From an uncultured Candidatus Rokubacteria bacterium (lineage in GTDB: Bacteria > Methylomirabilota > Methylomirabilia > Rokubacteriales > DASRDR01): DNA of 64,000 bases. The notes beneath the pieces are model-generated. The model was not told the origin of the DNA. It made no database searches and saw nothing but the letters and a program-made list of their open reading frames with translations. Both the position numbers and the translations under genes were made by a program. Below are positions 36,862 to 46,712 of the stretch, one piece after another; positions within the stretch are counted from its first letter, which is position 1; every line of letters starts with the position of its first letter. The DNA lies in NCBI GenBank assembly GCA_963805625.1, contig CAWDVE010000019.1, positions 480,001 through 544,000 of the forward strand, read 5' to 3'.

Positions 36862-37704
36862 TCAGCCGTCGGCCCGGTTGACCCGCATCAGGTACCGGTA
36901 AGGATCGCTGGTCATCACGGCGCCCCCGGACACGAGGAGGACGGCACCCGACACCCACGCCGCCTCGTCCGCCGCGAAGTAGACCGCCGCGGCCGCGACG
37001 TCCGCGGGCTGACCCACCCGGCGCAGGGGATAGAACGCCGACCGCTTCTGCCGGTCCGCCTCCGTCGCCAACCACGGCGCCGTCAGCGGGGTCTCCACCA
37101 CGGCCGGCGCGATCGCGTTGACGCGGATCCGATGCTGGCCGAGCTCGACCGCCATGGTCTGGACGATGTTGTTCAGCGCGGCCTTGCACGCCCCGTAGAT
37201 GCCCTCGCCCCCAGGCGCCGCGTACAGGCTGTCGATCGACGAGAGGAAGATGATCGAGCCGCCCGTCCCCCGGTCGCGCATCACCCGCGCGGCTGCCTGG
37301 GCGCCGAAGACCTGGGCGGTGAGGTTCAGGCGCACCATGGCTTCCCACCCCGCCTCGGTGACGTCGAGCCACTCGGCCGTGCTGCCCGGCTCGTCCGTGA
37401 AGCCGCCTGCATTGTTGACCCAGACGTCGATCCGGCCGAGCCGCGCCGCCGCGGTGTCAGCCAGCGCCCGGATCTGGCCGAGATCGGTGACGTCCGTCGG
37501 CTGGACGACCGCCCGCCGCCCCTTGCCTTCGATCTCGCGCGCGACCGTCTCCAGATCCACGCGGTTCCGGGCCCCCAGCACCACGTCGGCGCCCCGGTCG
37601 GCGAAGGCGAGCGCGATTGCCCGGCCGAGGCCACGGCTCGCGCCGGTGACCACGCACGCCTTGCCCGCCAGCGAGAACACTGGCCCCCGTTCAGGCCCAG
37701 CCAT
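36862..37704 (-). CDS. SDR oxidoreductase
   Basis: VTGASRGLG, NNAGG, YGACK, NAIAP. Confidence 0.92.
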   Translation of the reverse strand: MAGPERGPVFSLAGKACVVTGASRGLGRAIALAFADRGADVVLGARNRVDLETVAREIEGKGRRAVVQPTDVTDLGQIRALADTAAARLGRIDVWVNNAGGFTDEPGSTAEWLDVTEAGWEAMVRLNLTAQVFGAQAAARVMRDRGTGGSIIFLSSIDSLYAAPGGEGIYGACKAALNNIVQTMAVELGQHRIRVNAIAPAVVETPLTAPWLATEADRQKRSAFYPLRRVGQPADVAAAAVYFAADEAAWVSGAVLLVSGGAVMTSDPYRYLMRVNRADG

Positions 37705-37769
37705 GGTGGATCCCTCCCCACACGTTATGTAGGCCCTACGTTGGGTCTAGGACCAGATGACGCACCCGC

Positions 37770-40085
37770 TCAGGCCCGGCCATCGTGCATCGCCTTCCAC
37801 ACCCGCTCGGGGCGGAGCGGCATGTCGATGTGCCGGACCTTGAACGAACGAAGCGCGTCGACCACGGCGTTCACCACCGCCGGCGTCGAGCCGATCGTCG
37901 CCGCCTCGCCGATGCCCTTGGCGCCGAGCGGGTTCACCGGCGTCGGCGTGACCGTCTGATCGGTGACGAAGGACGGCAGGTCATCCGCACGCGGGACGCA
38001 GTAGTCCATGAGCGAGCCGGTCACCAGCTGGCCGTCGGGCCCGTAGACCATCTCCTCCAGGAGTGCCTGCGCAATCCCCTGGGCGAGCCCTCCGTGCACC
38101 TGGCCCGCGACCAGGACCGGGCTCACGCGGACGCCGCAGTCGTCGACCGAGATGAAGTCCCGGACCGTGACCTGACCCGTGTCACGGTCGACCTCGACGA
38201 CCGCGATGTGGGCGCCGAAGGGGTAGAGGAGTTGGGGCGGCCGGAAGAAGTCGGTCGCCTCAAGACCCGATTCGATCGAATCGGGCAGCTTGTCGCCGTA
38301 CGCGTGCCCCGCGATCTGGGCGAGCGTGAGGGCGCGCGCCGGAACCCCCTTGACCTGGTATCGCCCGTCGTCGAAGACGACGTCGTCCTTCGCCGCCTCC
38401 AGCACGTGCGCCGCGATCGCGCGCGCGTGCTCCTGCACCTTGAGGGTTGCTCGCAAGATGGACGTGCCGCCGACCGCCAGGCTCCGGCTCCCGCCGGTCC
38501 CGTTGCCCATGGGGGTGTTGGACGTGTCACCGTGCCGGACCACGATCTGGTCAAAGGAGACGCCCAGGTGGTCCGCGATGATCTGGGCGAAGGTCGTCTC
38601 GTGGCCTTGGCCGTGAGCCGACGTGCCGGTATAGGCCGTTACCGTGCCCGAGGGCTCCACCCGGACGACGGCGCTCTCGAAGGGGCCGAAACCGCACATC
38701 TCGACGTAGCAGGCCATCCCGATACCGAGGAGCTTCCGATCGCCGCGCGCGAGCCGGGCGGCCTGGTCCTTGCGGAGCGCGTCGTACTTCGAGAGCTGGA
38801 GCGCCTTGGTCAGCGCGCGGTCGTACTCCCCGCTGTCGTAGCGCTGGCCCGTCGGCGTGGTGTAGGGGAAGGCGTCGGGGGCGATGAAGTTGCGCCGCCG
38901 CACCGTCTCGGGCGGCACACCCAGCTCCTGGGCGGCGAGGTCGACGATGCGCTCGATGTAGTAGCAGCCCTCCGGCCGGCCGGCGCCGCGGTAAGCCGCC
39001 ACCGGCGTCGTGTTGGTGAAGACGCAGGTCGAGCGGAGATCGACGTTGGGGATGCGGTAGACGCCGACCCCCATCATGAGCGCCAGGTCGGGGATGAACG
39101 TGAAGATCGGGTAGGCGCCGATGTCGGCGAGGACGTGCACTCGGAGCGCCGTGATGGTGCCGTCGCGCTCGACCGCCGCCTCCACGTCGGTCACGTGGGC
39201 GCGACCGTGCGTCGTCGCCACCATGTGCTCGACGCGCGTCTCGACCCACCGGAGCGGCAGCCGGTGGAGCTTCGCCATCGCCGCCAGCGCGGCGTCCTCC
39301 GGGTAGACCCCGAACTTCACCCCGAACCCGCCGCCGACCTCGGGGGCGATCACGCGGATCTGGTTCTGCTCGAGCCCGAGAAGGGTCGCGAGCCCGTTGC
39401 GCATCATGTGGGGCGCCTGGGTCGTGGCCCAGACCACCAGGCCGCCGGTGGTCGAATCGGGGGCGGCCACCGTCGCGCGCCCCTCGAGGGGCACGCCGCA
39501 GAGACGCTGGCTGACCATGCGCTGGCGCACGACCTTGAAAGCCCGGGCGAAGGCGGCGTCCGTGTCGCCGGCGGTGATGCGATTCTCGTGCTCCACATTG
39601 CCTGGCGCATCGGCGTGGACCTGGGAGGCGCCGGGCTTCCGGGCCTCGAGCGGATCGCTCACCGCGGGCAGCGGCTCCCAGTCGACGGCGACCTCGGCGG
39701 CGGCGTCGACCGCGAGCTCCTCGGTCGCGGCGATGACCGCGGCGACCGCCTCACCGACGTGGCGGACGCGGTCGACCGCGAGGGGGTAGTGCTTCCGGCC
39801 GATCGCCGCATGACCCTCGCCTCCCTCGGTCGACGCCTGGTCGACGGGCACGGGCCCGCAGTGGGGCTTGAGGTCGGTGCCGGTGACGACGGCGACGACC
39901 CCCGGACGCTTCAGCACGGCCGAGGCATCGATCCGGCGGATGCGCGCGTGCGCGTGCGGGCTCCGGACGAACGCCACGTAGTGGAGCCCCGGCAGGAAAA
40001 TGTCGCCCGTATACGTGGACGCGCCCGTGATTAGACGCGGGTCTTCCTTGCGCTTGACCTGGGCACCCATCATCTTCACGGCCAT
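37770..40085 (-). CDS. xanthine dehydrogenase family molybdopterin-binding subunit (CoxL form II-like)
   Basis: RKEDPRLITG, VGGGFGVK, AYRGAGRPE, HGQGHET, GQVHGG, AKGIGE. Confidence 0.93.
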   Translation of the reverse strand: MAVKMMGAQVKRKEDPRLITGASTYTGDIFLPGLHYVAFVRSPHAHARIRRIDASAVLKRPGVVAVVTGTDLKPHCGPVPVDQASTEGGEGHAAIGRKHYPLAVDRVRHVGEAVAAVIAATEELAVDAAAEVAVDWEPLPAVSDPLEARKPGASQVHADAPGNVEHENRITAGDTDAAFARAFKVVRQRMVSQRLCGVPLEGRATVAAPDSTTGGLVVWATTQAPHMMRNGLATLLGLEQNQIRVIAPEVGGGFGVKFGVYPEDAALAAMAKLHRLPLRWVETRVEHMVATTHGRAHVTDVEAAVERDGTITALRVHVLADIGAYPIFTFIPDLALMMGVGVYRIPNVDLRSTCVFTNTTPVAAYRGAGRPEGCYYIERIVDLAAQELGVPPETVRRRNFIAPDAFPYTTPTGQRYDSGEYDRALTKALQLSKYDALRKDQAARLARGDRKLLGIGMACYVEMCGFGPFESAVVRVEPSGTVTAYTGTSAHGQGHETTFAQIIADHLGVSFDQIVVRHGDTSNTPMGNGTGGSRSLAVGGTSILRATLKVQEHARAIAAHVLEAAKDDVVFDDGRYQVKGVPARALTLAQIAGHAYGDKLPDSIESGLEATDFFRPPQLLYPFGAHIAVVEVDRDTGQVTVRDFISVDDCGVRVSPVLVAGQVHGGLAQGIAQALLEEMVYGPDGQLVTGSLMDYCVPRADDLPSFVTDQTVTPTPVNPLGAKGIGEAATIGSTPAVVNAVVDALRSFKVRHIDMPLRPERVWKAMHDGRA

Positions 40086-40132
40086 CGGGATTCTCCCCTC
40101 AGTGGTTTAGGGTGGGTGATGCGGTCATCGGA

Positions 40133-40852
40133 TCAGACGAGCGGCCAGGGGTATCGCATGCCGGTCGCGTCCTCGGGGAACTGCTTGGCGGCGCCAAGCG
40201 CGCGAGCCCGCGCGAGGAGCGCAGCGCGCTCCTCCGGACCGAGGAGCTCGGCGAGCGGCTCCGGCAGGCCCTGGGCGGCGAGCCGGCTCACCGCCGCCCG
40301 GATCTCTCCGGGAATCGGGTCTCCCGAGAAGTCCCAAACGACGGTGCGGAGCTTCGGCTCGGCGTGGAAGCACAGGCCGTTGTCGATCGCGTACAGGCGG
40401 CCGTCTCGGCCCAGGAGGCAGTGCCCGCTCTTGCGGTCGGCGTTGTTCGCGACGAGATCGAAGGCGCAGAGGCGCGTGAGCGCCGCGCGATGCTCCGGGC
40501 GCTCGCGGAGCGTGAAGTAGTGCTCCTCGAACTCGGCCTCGACGAACAGCTGGATCGAGCCTGGGCCGTACGGGCCCTCGCGCGCGAGCGTCAGCGGGAC
40601 CAGGCCGAAGCCGAGGGTCTCAGAGAGGAGGTAGGCGGCCACCTCGCGCCGGTGGAGCCCCCGCGGGAAGTCCCAGAGCGGCCGCTCGCCGCGCAGGGGC
40701 TTGTACACCCCGAGGGCGGTGGCGGGCCCGCGGGTCACCTCCACGAGGAAGGTGGCGTTCGAGGCCCAGGGGAGCCGTCCCTTGACGGCGATCTCGCCCC
40801 GGGCGAGGAGCTCGATGGGGGCGGTGGCGGCAGCTCGCGGCATCGCGGGCAC
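40133..40852 (-). CDS. SCO1664 family kinase-like protein (PI3/4-kinase-like fold)
   Basis: ASNATFL, VYKP.RGERPLWDFP, REVAAY, NNADRKSGH, AIDNGLCFH, KLRTVVW, YPWP. Confidence 0.88.
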   Translation of the reverse strand: MPAMPRAAATAPIELLARGEIAVKGRLPWASNATFLVEVTRGPATALGVYKPLRGERPLWDFPRGLHRREVAAYLLSETLGFGLVPLTLAREGPYGPGSIQLFVEAEFEEHYFTLRERPEHRAALTRLCAFDLVANNADRKSGHCLLGRDGRLYAIDNGLCFHAEPKLRTVVWDFSGDPIPGEIRAAVSRLAAQGLPEPLAELLGPEERAALLARARALGAAKQFPEDATGMRYPWPLV

Positions 40853-41454
40853 TAGTCGGAGCCGTGCCCGTTCGTGCGGGCGCAGCGGTGGCCACCCGGG
40901 TTCATCGGCCGGCCGCAGAGCCGGCATGTGGGTCGCCCGCCCTCGACGAGGACGCGCGCCCGCTCCACGAAGGCCGCCACCTGGAGCCGAGTGAGGTGGA
41001 CGCGCCCCGACGCCCGATCACCTTCGCCGGCCGCAGCCTCCTCCTCTGCTTCGGGCTCGGGCGGTTCGGGCTCGGCCTCCGAGTGGACCTCCGGCTCCGC
41101 CTCCCGGTCAGACTCCTCGGTCTCCGTCCCTTCCTGCTCCCGGGCCTCCTCGATGACGAGAACCACTCGGTCGGTCGCCTCGTCATAGCCGACCCCGATC
41201 GAGCCCACGATCCACGACGGCGTGACCGGCTCGACCAGTGCGAGGTCCGAGCCCGAGGCTGACGCCGGCGCGGACAGCCGCTCGAGGAGGCGGCCGAGGT
41301 ACTCGCCCAGCACGCGGACCTGCTCCTTCTCGCACTTGAGCGTGACCAGCGTGTCGCCCTCCCGGGTCTGGAGGTAGAAGACGCGCTGGCCCGGCGGGCC
41401 GATCGTGCCGGCGGTGAACAGGTCGGGGGTCGAGAAGTCGAACGAGTCACTCAT
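40852..41454 (-). CDS. DUF3090 family protein
   Basis: FTAGTIGPPGQRVFYLQ, CEKEQV, GRPTCRLCGRPMNPGGHRCARTNGH. Confidence 0.88.
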   Translation of the reverse strand: MSDSFDFSTPDLFTAGTIGPPGQRVFYLQTREGDTLVTLKCEKEQVRVLGEYLGRLLERLSAPASASGSDLALVEPVTPSWIVGSIGVGYDEATDRVVLVIEEAREQEGTETEESDREAEPEVHSEAEPEPPEPEAEEEAAAGEGDRASGRVHLTRLQVAAFVERARVLVEGGRPTCRLCGRPMNPGGHRCARTNGHGSD

Positions 41455-41622
41455 GGGTACGCCCCGCTACTCTCCAACCCTTTTTCCCACGCTGACCCAT
41501 GCTGGCCCAGGCTGAAATGGACGGTCCTGATCGGATGCTCATCGCCCTCTGGCGGTCTCTGGCGACCTGTGGCTGGAGAGAGGGAGCCGGCCACGCAGAC
41601 GAGCGGGACTGCACGGAGTGGC

Positions 41623-42267
41623 TCACTGGCCGGCGAGGGGCGCGAGGTCGCCCCGCGTGGCGTTGACGGACAGGACCGTGGGACCCTCGGGCCCGTAGGC
41701 AATGGCCGTGACCGACGCGGTGAAGACCGCGATGCGCTGGAAGAGGTCCAGATGCGTGCCGAGCGCGTGAGCGACCGCGGTCTTGATCGGGTCCGCATGG
41801 GAGACCGCCACGACAGTCTGGCCCGGGTGATCGGCGACCAGGCGCGCGAGCGTTCCGGTCATCCGGGCCTGCATCTCGGTGAACGATTCGCCGCCAGGGA
41901 ACCGGAACCCGCTCGGGTAGCGCTGGACGACCTTCCACTCGGGCTTCCGGCGGAGGTCCTTCAGGGCGAGCCCTGTCCAGTCGCCGTAGTCGCACTCGAG
42001 AAGCCCGGGCTCGGTCGTGACGAGGAGCCCCGCCGCAGCCGCGATGGGCGCGGCCGTCTCCTGCGCCCGCTCGAGCGGAGAGGCGTAGACGGCGGCGACC
42101 CGCGGGAGGCGCGCGATGCGCCCGGCCACGTCGGTCGCCTCCTCACGTCCCTTCTCCGCCAGATGGAGACCCGGTGCCCGGCCAGGCAAGGTGACGCCGG
42201 TCGTCGACGTCTGCCCGTGACGCACGAGGAGCACCAGGGTCGTCTTCGCGCCGCGTCCGTTCCGGAT
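41623..42267 (-). CDS. histidine phosphatase family protein (MSMEG_4193-like phosphomutase); start apparently ATC
   Basis: LVRHG, LPGRAPGLHL, SPLERAQETA, ECDYGDWTG, FPGGES, VSHADPIK, HLDLFQR; AAGGAG lies 7 nt before ATC 42267. Confidence 0.88.
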   Translation of the reverse strand: MRNGRGAKTTLVLLVRHGQTSTTGVTLPGRAPGLHLAEKGREEATDVAGRIARLPRVAAVYASPLERAQETAAPIAAAAGLLVTTEPGLLECDYGDWTGLALKDLRRKPEWKVVQRYPSGFRFPGGESFTEMQARMTGTLARLVADHPGQTVVAVSHADPIKTAVAHALGTHLDLFQRIAVFTASVTAIAYGPEGPTVLSVNATRGDLAPLAGQ

Positions 42268-42467
42268 GGGTGGGCTCCTTGCCTGCTCTCCCGGTAAGAG
42301 TAAAGCATCGCGTGGCGGGGTCAATCGGCCGGCGCAAGCCGCGGGCGGATCGGGGCGGTTCCGGTCCGACCTGCCCGGCCGGTGTCCAGCGCCGGCGCGA
42401 GGACGGAGGACGACGGGAAGCGACCCGTGGTACAACTCCGCAGGAAGCCCATCACACGGAGGTCGCC

Positions 42468-42650
42468 ATGCCCAACATCACGATTCAGTGGTACGCGGGA
42501 CGGACGGACCAGCAGCGGCGCGAGATCACGGCCGCCATCACCGACGCCATGGTCCGCATCGGCAAGACGACGGCCGATCAGGTTCACATCGTCTTCCAGG
42601 ACGTCGAGAAGTCGCATTGGGGCTACAACGGCAAGCTGGCCAGCGACTGA
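42468..42650 (+). CDS. 4-oxalocrotonate tautomerase family protein
   Basis: N-terminal Pro (MPNITI), GRTDQQRR, 60 aa; GGAGG upstream. Confidence 0.9.
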   Translation: MPNITIQWYAGRTDQQRREITAAITDAMVRIGKTTADQVHIVFQDVEKSHWGYNGKLASD

Positions 42651-42653
42651 CGG

Positions 42654-44033
42654 TCACGCCTGACCCCATAGGAGCATCAGGGCCGCGAAGGCCTTGATCG
42701 CGCGCCGCGCGTCCTCGAGCCGGATGTGCTCGTTGGGCGCGTGGATGAGGCTCCCGCTGTACCCGACTCCCGGCGGCAGCGCCGCCGGGGTGCCGTGGCT
42801 CGTGTAGAACCACGTCGACGACGAGCCGCCCATCCAGGGGAAAACGGCGGGCGGGCGCCCGTATACGTCCTGACAGGCCGCCAGCAGCGCCTGCCCGATG
42901 GGCGACGAGATCGGGGAGGCGCCGGGCTCGAAGGTGCTGTGCTGGATCACCTCGATGTCGGCGAACCCCTTCCGGCGGAGATGGGTCTTGAGCGCGCTCA
43001 GGATCGGGAGCGGCCGCTGGCCGGGCACCAGGCGAAAGTCGAGCTTCACCGCGGCGTGCGCCGGGTTGATCGTCTTGCTCCCCGGTCCCGTGTAGCCGGA
43101 CACGATGCCGTCGATGTTGCAGGTCGGATTGTAGCAGTAGGCGATCAGTCGCCCCAGCCGTGTCTTGCCGCCGAAGACCTCGGTGACGCCGTACGCCTTC
43201 TGCCACGCGCGCGGGTCGAAGGGATTCTTGCGCAGGAGGCCGAGCGCCTCGCGCGTGGGACGGGGCACGCCGTCGTAGAAGCCTGGGATCAGCACGCGTC
43301 CCCGTGAGTCTCGGATCACGCGAAGCGCCTCGAGGAGCCGCCAGGCGGGATTGGGGAGCGACGCGGCGAGCGAGCTGTGCTGATCCACGGCCGCCGTCTG
43401 GACCCGCAGCTCGACGTAGAGGATGCCCTTGCTCCCCATGTAGACCTCGGGGACTCCCTCCGGCGTGTGCCCGGCGCCCTCGATCGTCGCCCCGGCGCCC
43501 CGGAAGAGGGCAGGGTGCTGGCGCGCGAAGGCCGGCAGGTGGGGACTGCCGACCTCTTCCTCGCCCTCGACCATGAACCTGAGGTTCACCGGCACAGTCC
43601 CGACGACCTCCCGCACCGCGTGCAGGGCGTATGCCTGCGCCGCGGTGTTCCCCTTTGTATCGGCCACTCCCCGGGCAAAGAGCTTGCCGTCCTCGACGAC
43701 GGGGTCGAACGGCGGGCGCCGCCACTCTCCGATCGGGTCGACGGGCTGCACGTCGTAGTGGTTGTAGAGGATCAGCGTCGGTCCGCCCGGTGCGTCCGCG
43801 ACCTCACCGATCACCATCGGAGGCCCCCCGGGCACATCCATCAGCCGGGCCCCGATTCCGTGGCGCTCGAGGAGCGCCCGCGTCGCGTCGGCCCCCTCGG
43901 CTTCGGCCTCGCGGCGGGCGCTGATCGTCGGCACGCGGGCGTAGGCGCGGAGCTCCTCCACGAACTCGGCGAACCGGCGGTCGATCCGCGCGTACACGTC
44001 CTGGCGGGCCGACTTGGCGATGCGGTCGTTCAT
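42654..44033 (-). CDS. M20/M25/M40 family metallo-hydrolase (dipeptidase/deacylase)
   Basis: YNHYDVQP, RGVADTKG, EGEEEVGS, HAPNE. Confidence 0.92.
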   Translation of the reverse strand: MNDRIAKSARQDVYARIDRRFAEFVEELRAYARVPTISARREAEAEGADATRALLERHGIGARLMDVPGGPPMVIGEVADAPGGPTLILYNHYDVQPVDPIGEWRRPPFDPVVEDGKLFARGVADTKGNTAAQAYALHAVREVVGTVPVNLRFMVEGEEEVGSPHLPAFARQHPALFRGAGATIEGAGHTPEGVPEVYMGSKGILYVELRVQTAAVDQHSSLAASLPNPAWRLLEALRVIRDSRGRVLIPGFYDGVPRPTREALGLLRKNPFDPRAWQKAYGVTEVFGGKTRLGRLIAYCYNPTCNIDGIVSGYTGPGSKTINPAHAAVKLDFRLVPGQRPLPILSALKTHLRRKGFADIEVIQHSTFEPGASPISSPIGQALLAACQDVYGRPPAVFPWMGGSSSTWFYTSHGTPAALPPGVGYSGSLIHAPNEHIRLEDARRAIKAFAALMLLWGQA

Positions 44034-44085
44034 GCGAACACCTCCGTCTGCAGATGGGCCGGAATGAGCCGGAATGAGCCGCGCC

Positions 44086-46518
44086 TCACATCAGCCCCAT
44101 CAGTTGCCACACCGGCACGCTCAGCAGCAAGGCCACCGGGCGGAGGAGGCCCTCGAGCACGAGCGACCAGCGCGCCTGCGCGTGGGTGAAGAGATCGCCC
44201 TCGCTCGCGAAGTACACGATCGCGTAGCCCGAGTTCACGTAGGGCAGGATCGTGTGGTCACCGGCGATGAGGGCGACCAGCACCGGGATGAACGGGTGGA
44301 AGCCGAGCCCCTCGGCGATCGGCATGGCGACGAGCGCGATGATGGTCGACGCCGTCATCCAGGGCACGAAGAAGTGGAGCACGAAGGCGATGATCGAGAT
44401 GGTCAGGACGAATCCGTAGGGGTTGCGGACCATGGCCGGCATCCCGCTCTGCACCAGCGAGGTCAGCCAGGTGTCGATGTGGAGCGTCGTGAACACGTTG
44501 CCGAGGCTCAGGATCACCCCGGCGTAGACGAGGAGTCCGAGCGTCCCGCCGCCCTGGAAGGCCGACTGATCGAGCGCGCCGAGCGTGAACAGGAACAGGA
44601 AGGCGCCCAGGGCGAGCCACGCGGGGGCGATCCCGTGGTACGGGCGGCTTGCGAACCCGACGATCAGGAGGACCAGCACGACGGCGCTCCAGATCTCGTT
44701 AGGGGTGAGGGGGCCGAGGAGCGCCTGCTGGAGCCGCACGGCGTCGAGGTTGACCCGTCCGGTCCGATGGGGCTTGAAGCGAAAGAGGAGCCAGAGGTAC
44801 GTGACGACGCCGATGATCACGAACGGGGGCAGCGCGATGAAGAACCAGCGCCACCAGGTGATCTGGCTCTTGGCCGCGGCCGGGAGCAGGTCGTGCACCA
44901 CCAGGCCGGTGAATGTCCCGGTCTGGAACAGCTCGCCCACCTGGAGGAACGTGAAGAACGTCATCAGGCCCACGGCGGCTGCGCCCGGACTGCGCGGCGC
45001 GAATCCCATCGCATCCGTGATCCCGCGCGCGATCGGCACCCCGAGGGCGATCCGGGTGGAGCCGCTCGTCAGGCCTGCGCTCATCAGGACGCCGGTGAGG
45101 CAGAGGACCATGCTCTGCGGGATGAACCGGGGCGGCAGGCGCTGGAGTGACAGCAGCACGAGCCGGAACATGAGGCCCGAGCGGGAGACCGCGACGCCCA
45201 CCGCCAGGAGCGTGAAGATCATGAGCCAGGCGGGCGCCGCGAAGCCTCCGAGAATGTCCGTGGGCGGTACCAGGCCGGGCAGCACGAGGGCCAGCGTCAG
45301 GAACAGCATGACGATGTAGTCGGGTAGCACGTCGGCCACGAGCAGCGGCACGGTCGCGATGAGGGCCCCGAGCGTGACGAGGCCGCCGCGCGCGAGCCCC
45401 TCTGGCAGGGGCAGGATCCACCCCAGCCCGAAGATCACGACCGCCGCGAGGGCGCTCAGTGCGCGCACCGTCGTGAGCTGGCGGGCGAGGCGCCCGAAGA
45501 GCGGCGCCGCGCGCTCGCGGCTGCCGGGCGCCGCCGGTCGCGCGGCGGCCACCATCCGCTCGCTGAGCCGCGTCCGCATGGCGGCGAGCCGGGTCCCGAG
45601 GGCTGGCGATCGTTCGCCGACCGCCGCGAGCCAGCGGTCGAGGTCTCCCGCGGACGCGGTCTGGAGCAGGTGGGCCTCGTGGGCGCCGAGCAGCCTCTCG
45701 GCGTCCTCGACCGCCCCCGCCGCGAGCGCGAGGTCCGTGGCCGCGACGACCTCGCCGGCTGCCGCCATCTCCTCGGCTGCGGCACGCAGCCAGGCCGGAT
45801 TCGGTTCGCGGAGGTCCGTGCCGGCGATCGCGAGGAAGGTGGCGTCGACGACCAGGTCCGATCCCTCGGCGCGCAGCAGACCGGACTGCTCGACGAGCTC
45901 GGTCAGCGCGCCGCCGTCCCCGGTGCGGGCGCACGTCCGGCGAAGCACCTCGGCGCCCCATCGCGGTCGGGCGGCGACACCTGCGACCAGCCGGGCGGCC
46001 GCCGGACTGAGGCGGCCGAGCGCGGCGGCGGTGAGCCGATGGCTGAACGCCCGGAGGGCGCCCGTCTCGTGGTTCATCGCGGTCAACCGGTGGCTCAGCG
46101 AGCGCTCGATGCTCCGGGCGATGCCGCGCTCGTGATCGAGGAGCGTCTCGAAGCGGGGCCGAGAGAGACGCCAGACCGTGAGGTCCGTGTCGGCCACCAC
46201 CGTCGCGGTGCGCGGCGAGTCGGTGAGGAGCGCCATCTCCCCGAATACCTCGCCGGGCCCGAGCGTCGTGAGGGGCTCGCCAGTGCCATCGCCGGAGGCG
46301 GGGACCGAGGCGCCGCCGGCTAGCACCCCCGCCTGGCCCTGCTTGATCACGTAGAGGCCGTCCGGCCGGTCACCCTGGCGGACGATGGCCTGGCCTGGCG
46401 CGAAGTGCATCTCCTCGAGCTCCCCGGCTAGCCGGGCGAGGTCCAGGCGCCCCAGGTGGGAGAAGAGCGGGGATCGGGCAAGCGCGGTCGCGGAGTCGGG
46501 ACGGCCGGGGTTTGACAT
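44086..46518 (-). CDS. cyclic-nucleotide-binding domain fused to an SLC13/DASS-type anion transporter
   Basis: GEVFGEMALLTDSPRTATVVA cassette; helical middle region; multi-TM C-terminus (SRSGLMFR, ITWWRWF, LGPLTPNE). Confidence 0.85.
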   Translation of the reverse strand: MSNPGRPDSATALARSPLFSHLGRLDLARLAGELEEMHFAPGQAIVRQGDRPDGLYVIKQGQAGVLAGGASVPASGDGTGEPLTTLGPGEVFGEMALLTDSPRTATVVADTDLTVWRLSRPRFETLLDHERGIARSIERSLSHRLTAMNHETGALRAFSHRLTAAALGRLSPAAARLVAGVAARPRWGAEVLRRTCARTGDGGALTELVEQSGLLRAEGSDLVVDATFLAIAGTDLREPNPAWLRAAAEEMAAAGEVVAATDLALAAGAVEDAERLLGAHEAHLLQTASAGDLDRWLAAVGERSPALGTRLAAMRTRLSERMVAAARPAAPGSRERAAPLFGRLARQLTTVRALSALAAVVIFGLGWILPLPEGLARGGLVTLGALIATVPLLVADVLPDYIVMLFLTLALVLPGLVPPTDILGGFAAPAWLMIFTLLAVGVAVSRSGLMFRLVLLSLQRLPPRFIPQSMVLCLTGVLMSAGLTSGSTRIALGVPIARGITDAMGFAPRSPGAAAVGLMTFFTFLQVGELFQTGTFTGLVVHDLLPAAAKSQITWWRWFFIALPPFVIIGVVTYLWLLFRFKPHRTGRVNLDAVRLQQALLGPLTPNEIWSAVVLVLLIVGFASRPYHGIAPAWLALGAFLFLFTLGALDQSAFQGGGTLGLLVYAGVILSLGNVFTTLHIDTWLTSLVQSGMPAMVRNPYGFVLTISIIAFVLHFFVPWMTASTIIALVAMPIAEGLGFHPFIPVLVALIAGDHTILPYVNSGYAIVYFASEGDLFTHAQARWSLVLEGLLRPVALLLSVPVWQLMGLM

Positions 46519-46712
46519 GAGTGCTATCGGGACGGCCGCTATCTTCGACGACCATCCGGTCGGCTGTAAAGAGGGCCCTCGCTTCCCTGTCGTGCTCCAC
46601 CCGCGCACCACCCGCGCCACCTGCACGATTGACCGCAGGTTGCGATGCGGCGACGCCCTGGCGCATGCTGGGGTGGCGCCGCCGGTCCCATCCGGCAGCC
46701 CGGGAGGCTCCG

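Noticed and set aside
37785-40034. Long antisense ORFs (also 6795-8525, 10482-12512, 50979-52685, 54195-56111, 55949-57532)
   Set aside because: They mirror well-supported genes and are expected from high-GC codon bias; no motifs were recognised.
37770-40085. True aerobic CO dehydrogenase (form I)
   Set aside because: The active-site loop is AYRGAGR, and there are no coxM, coxS or accessory genes.
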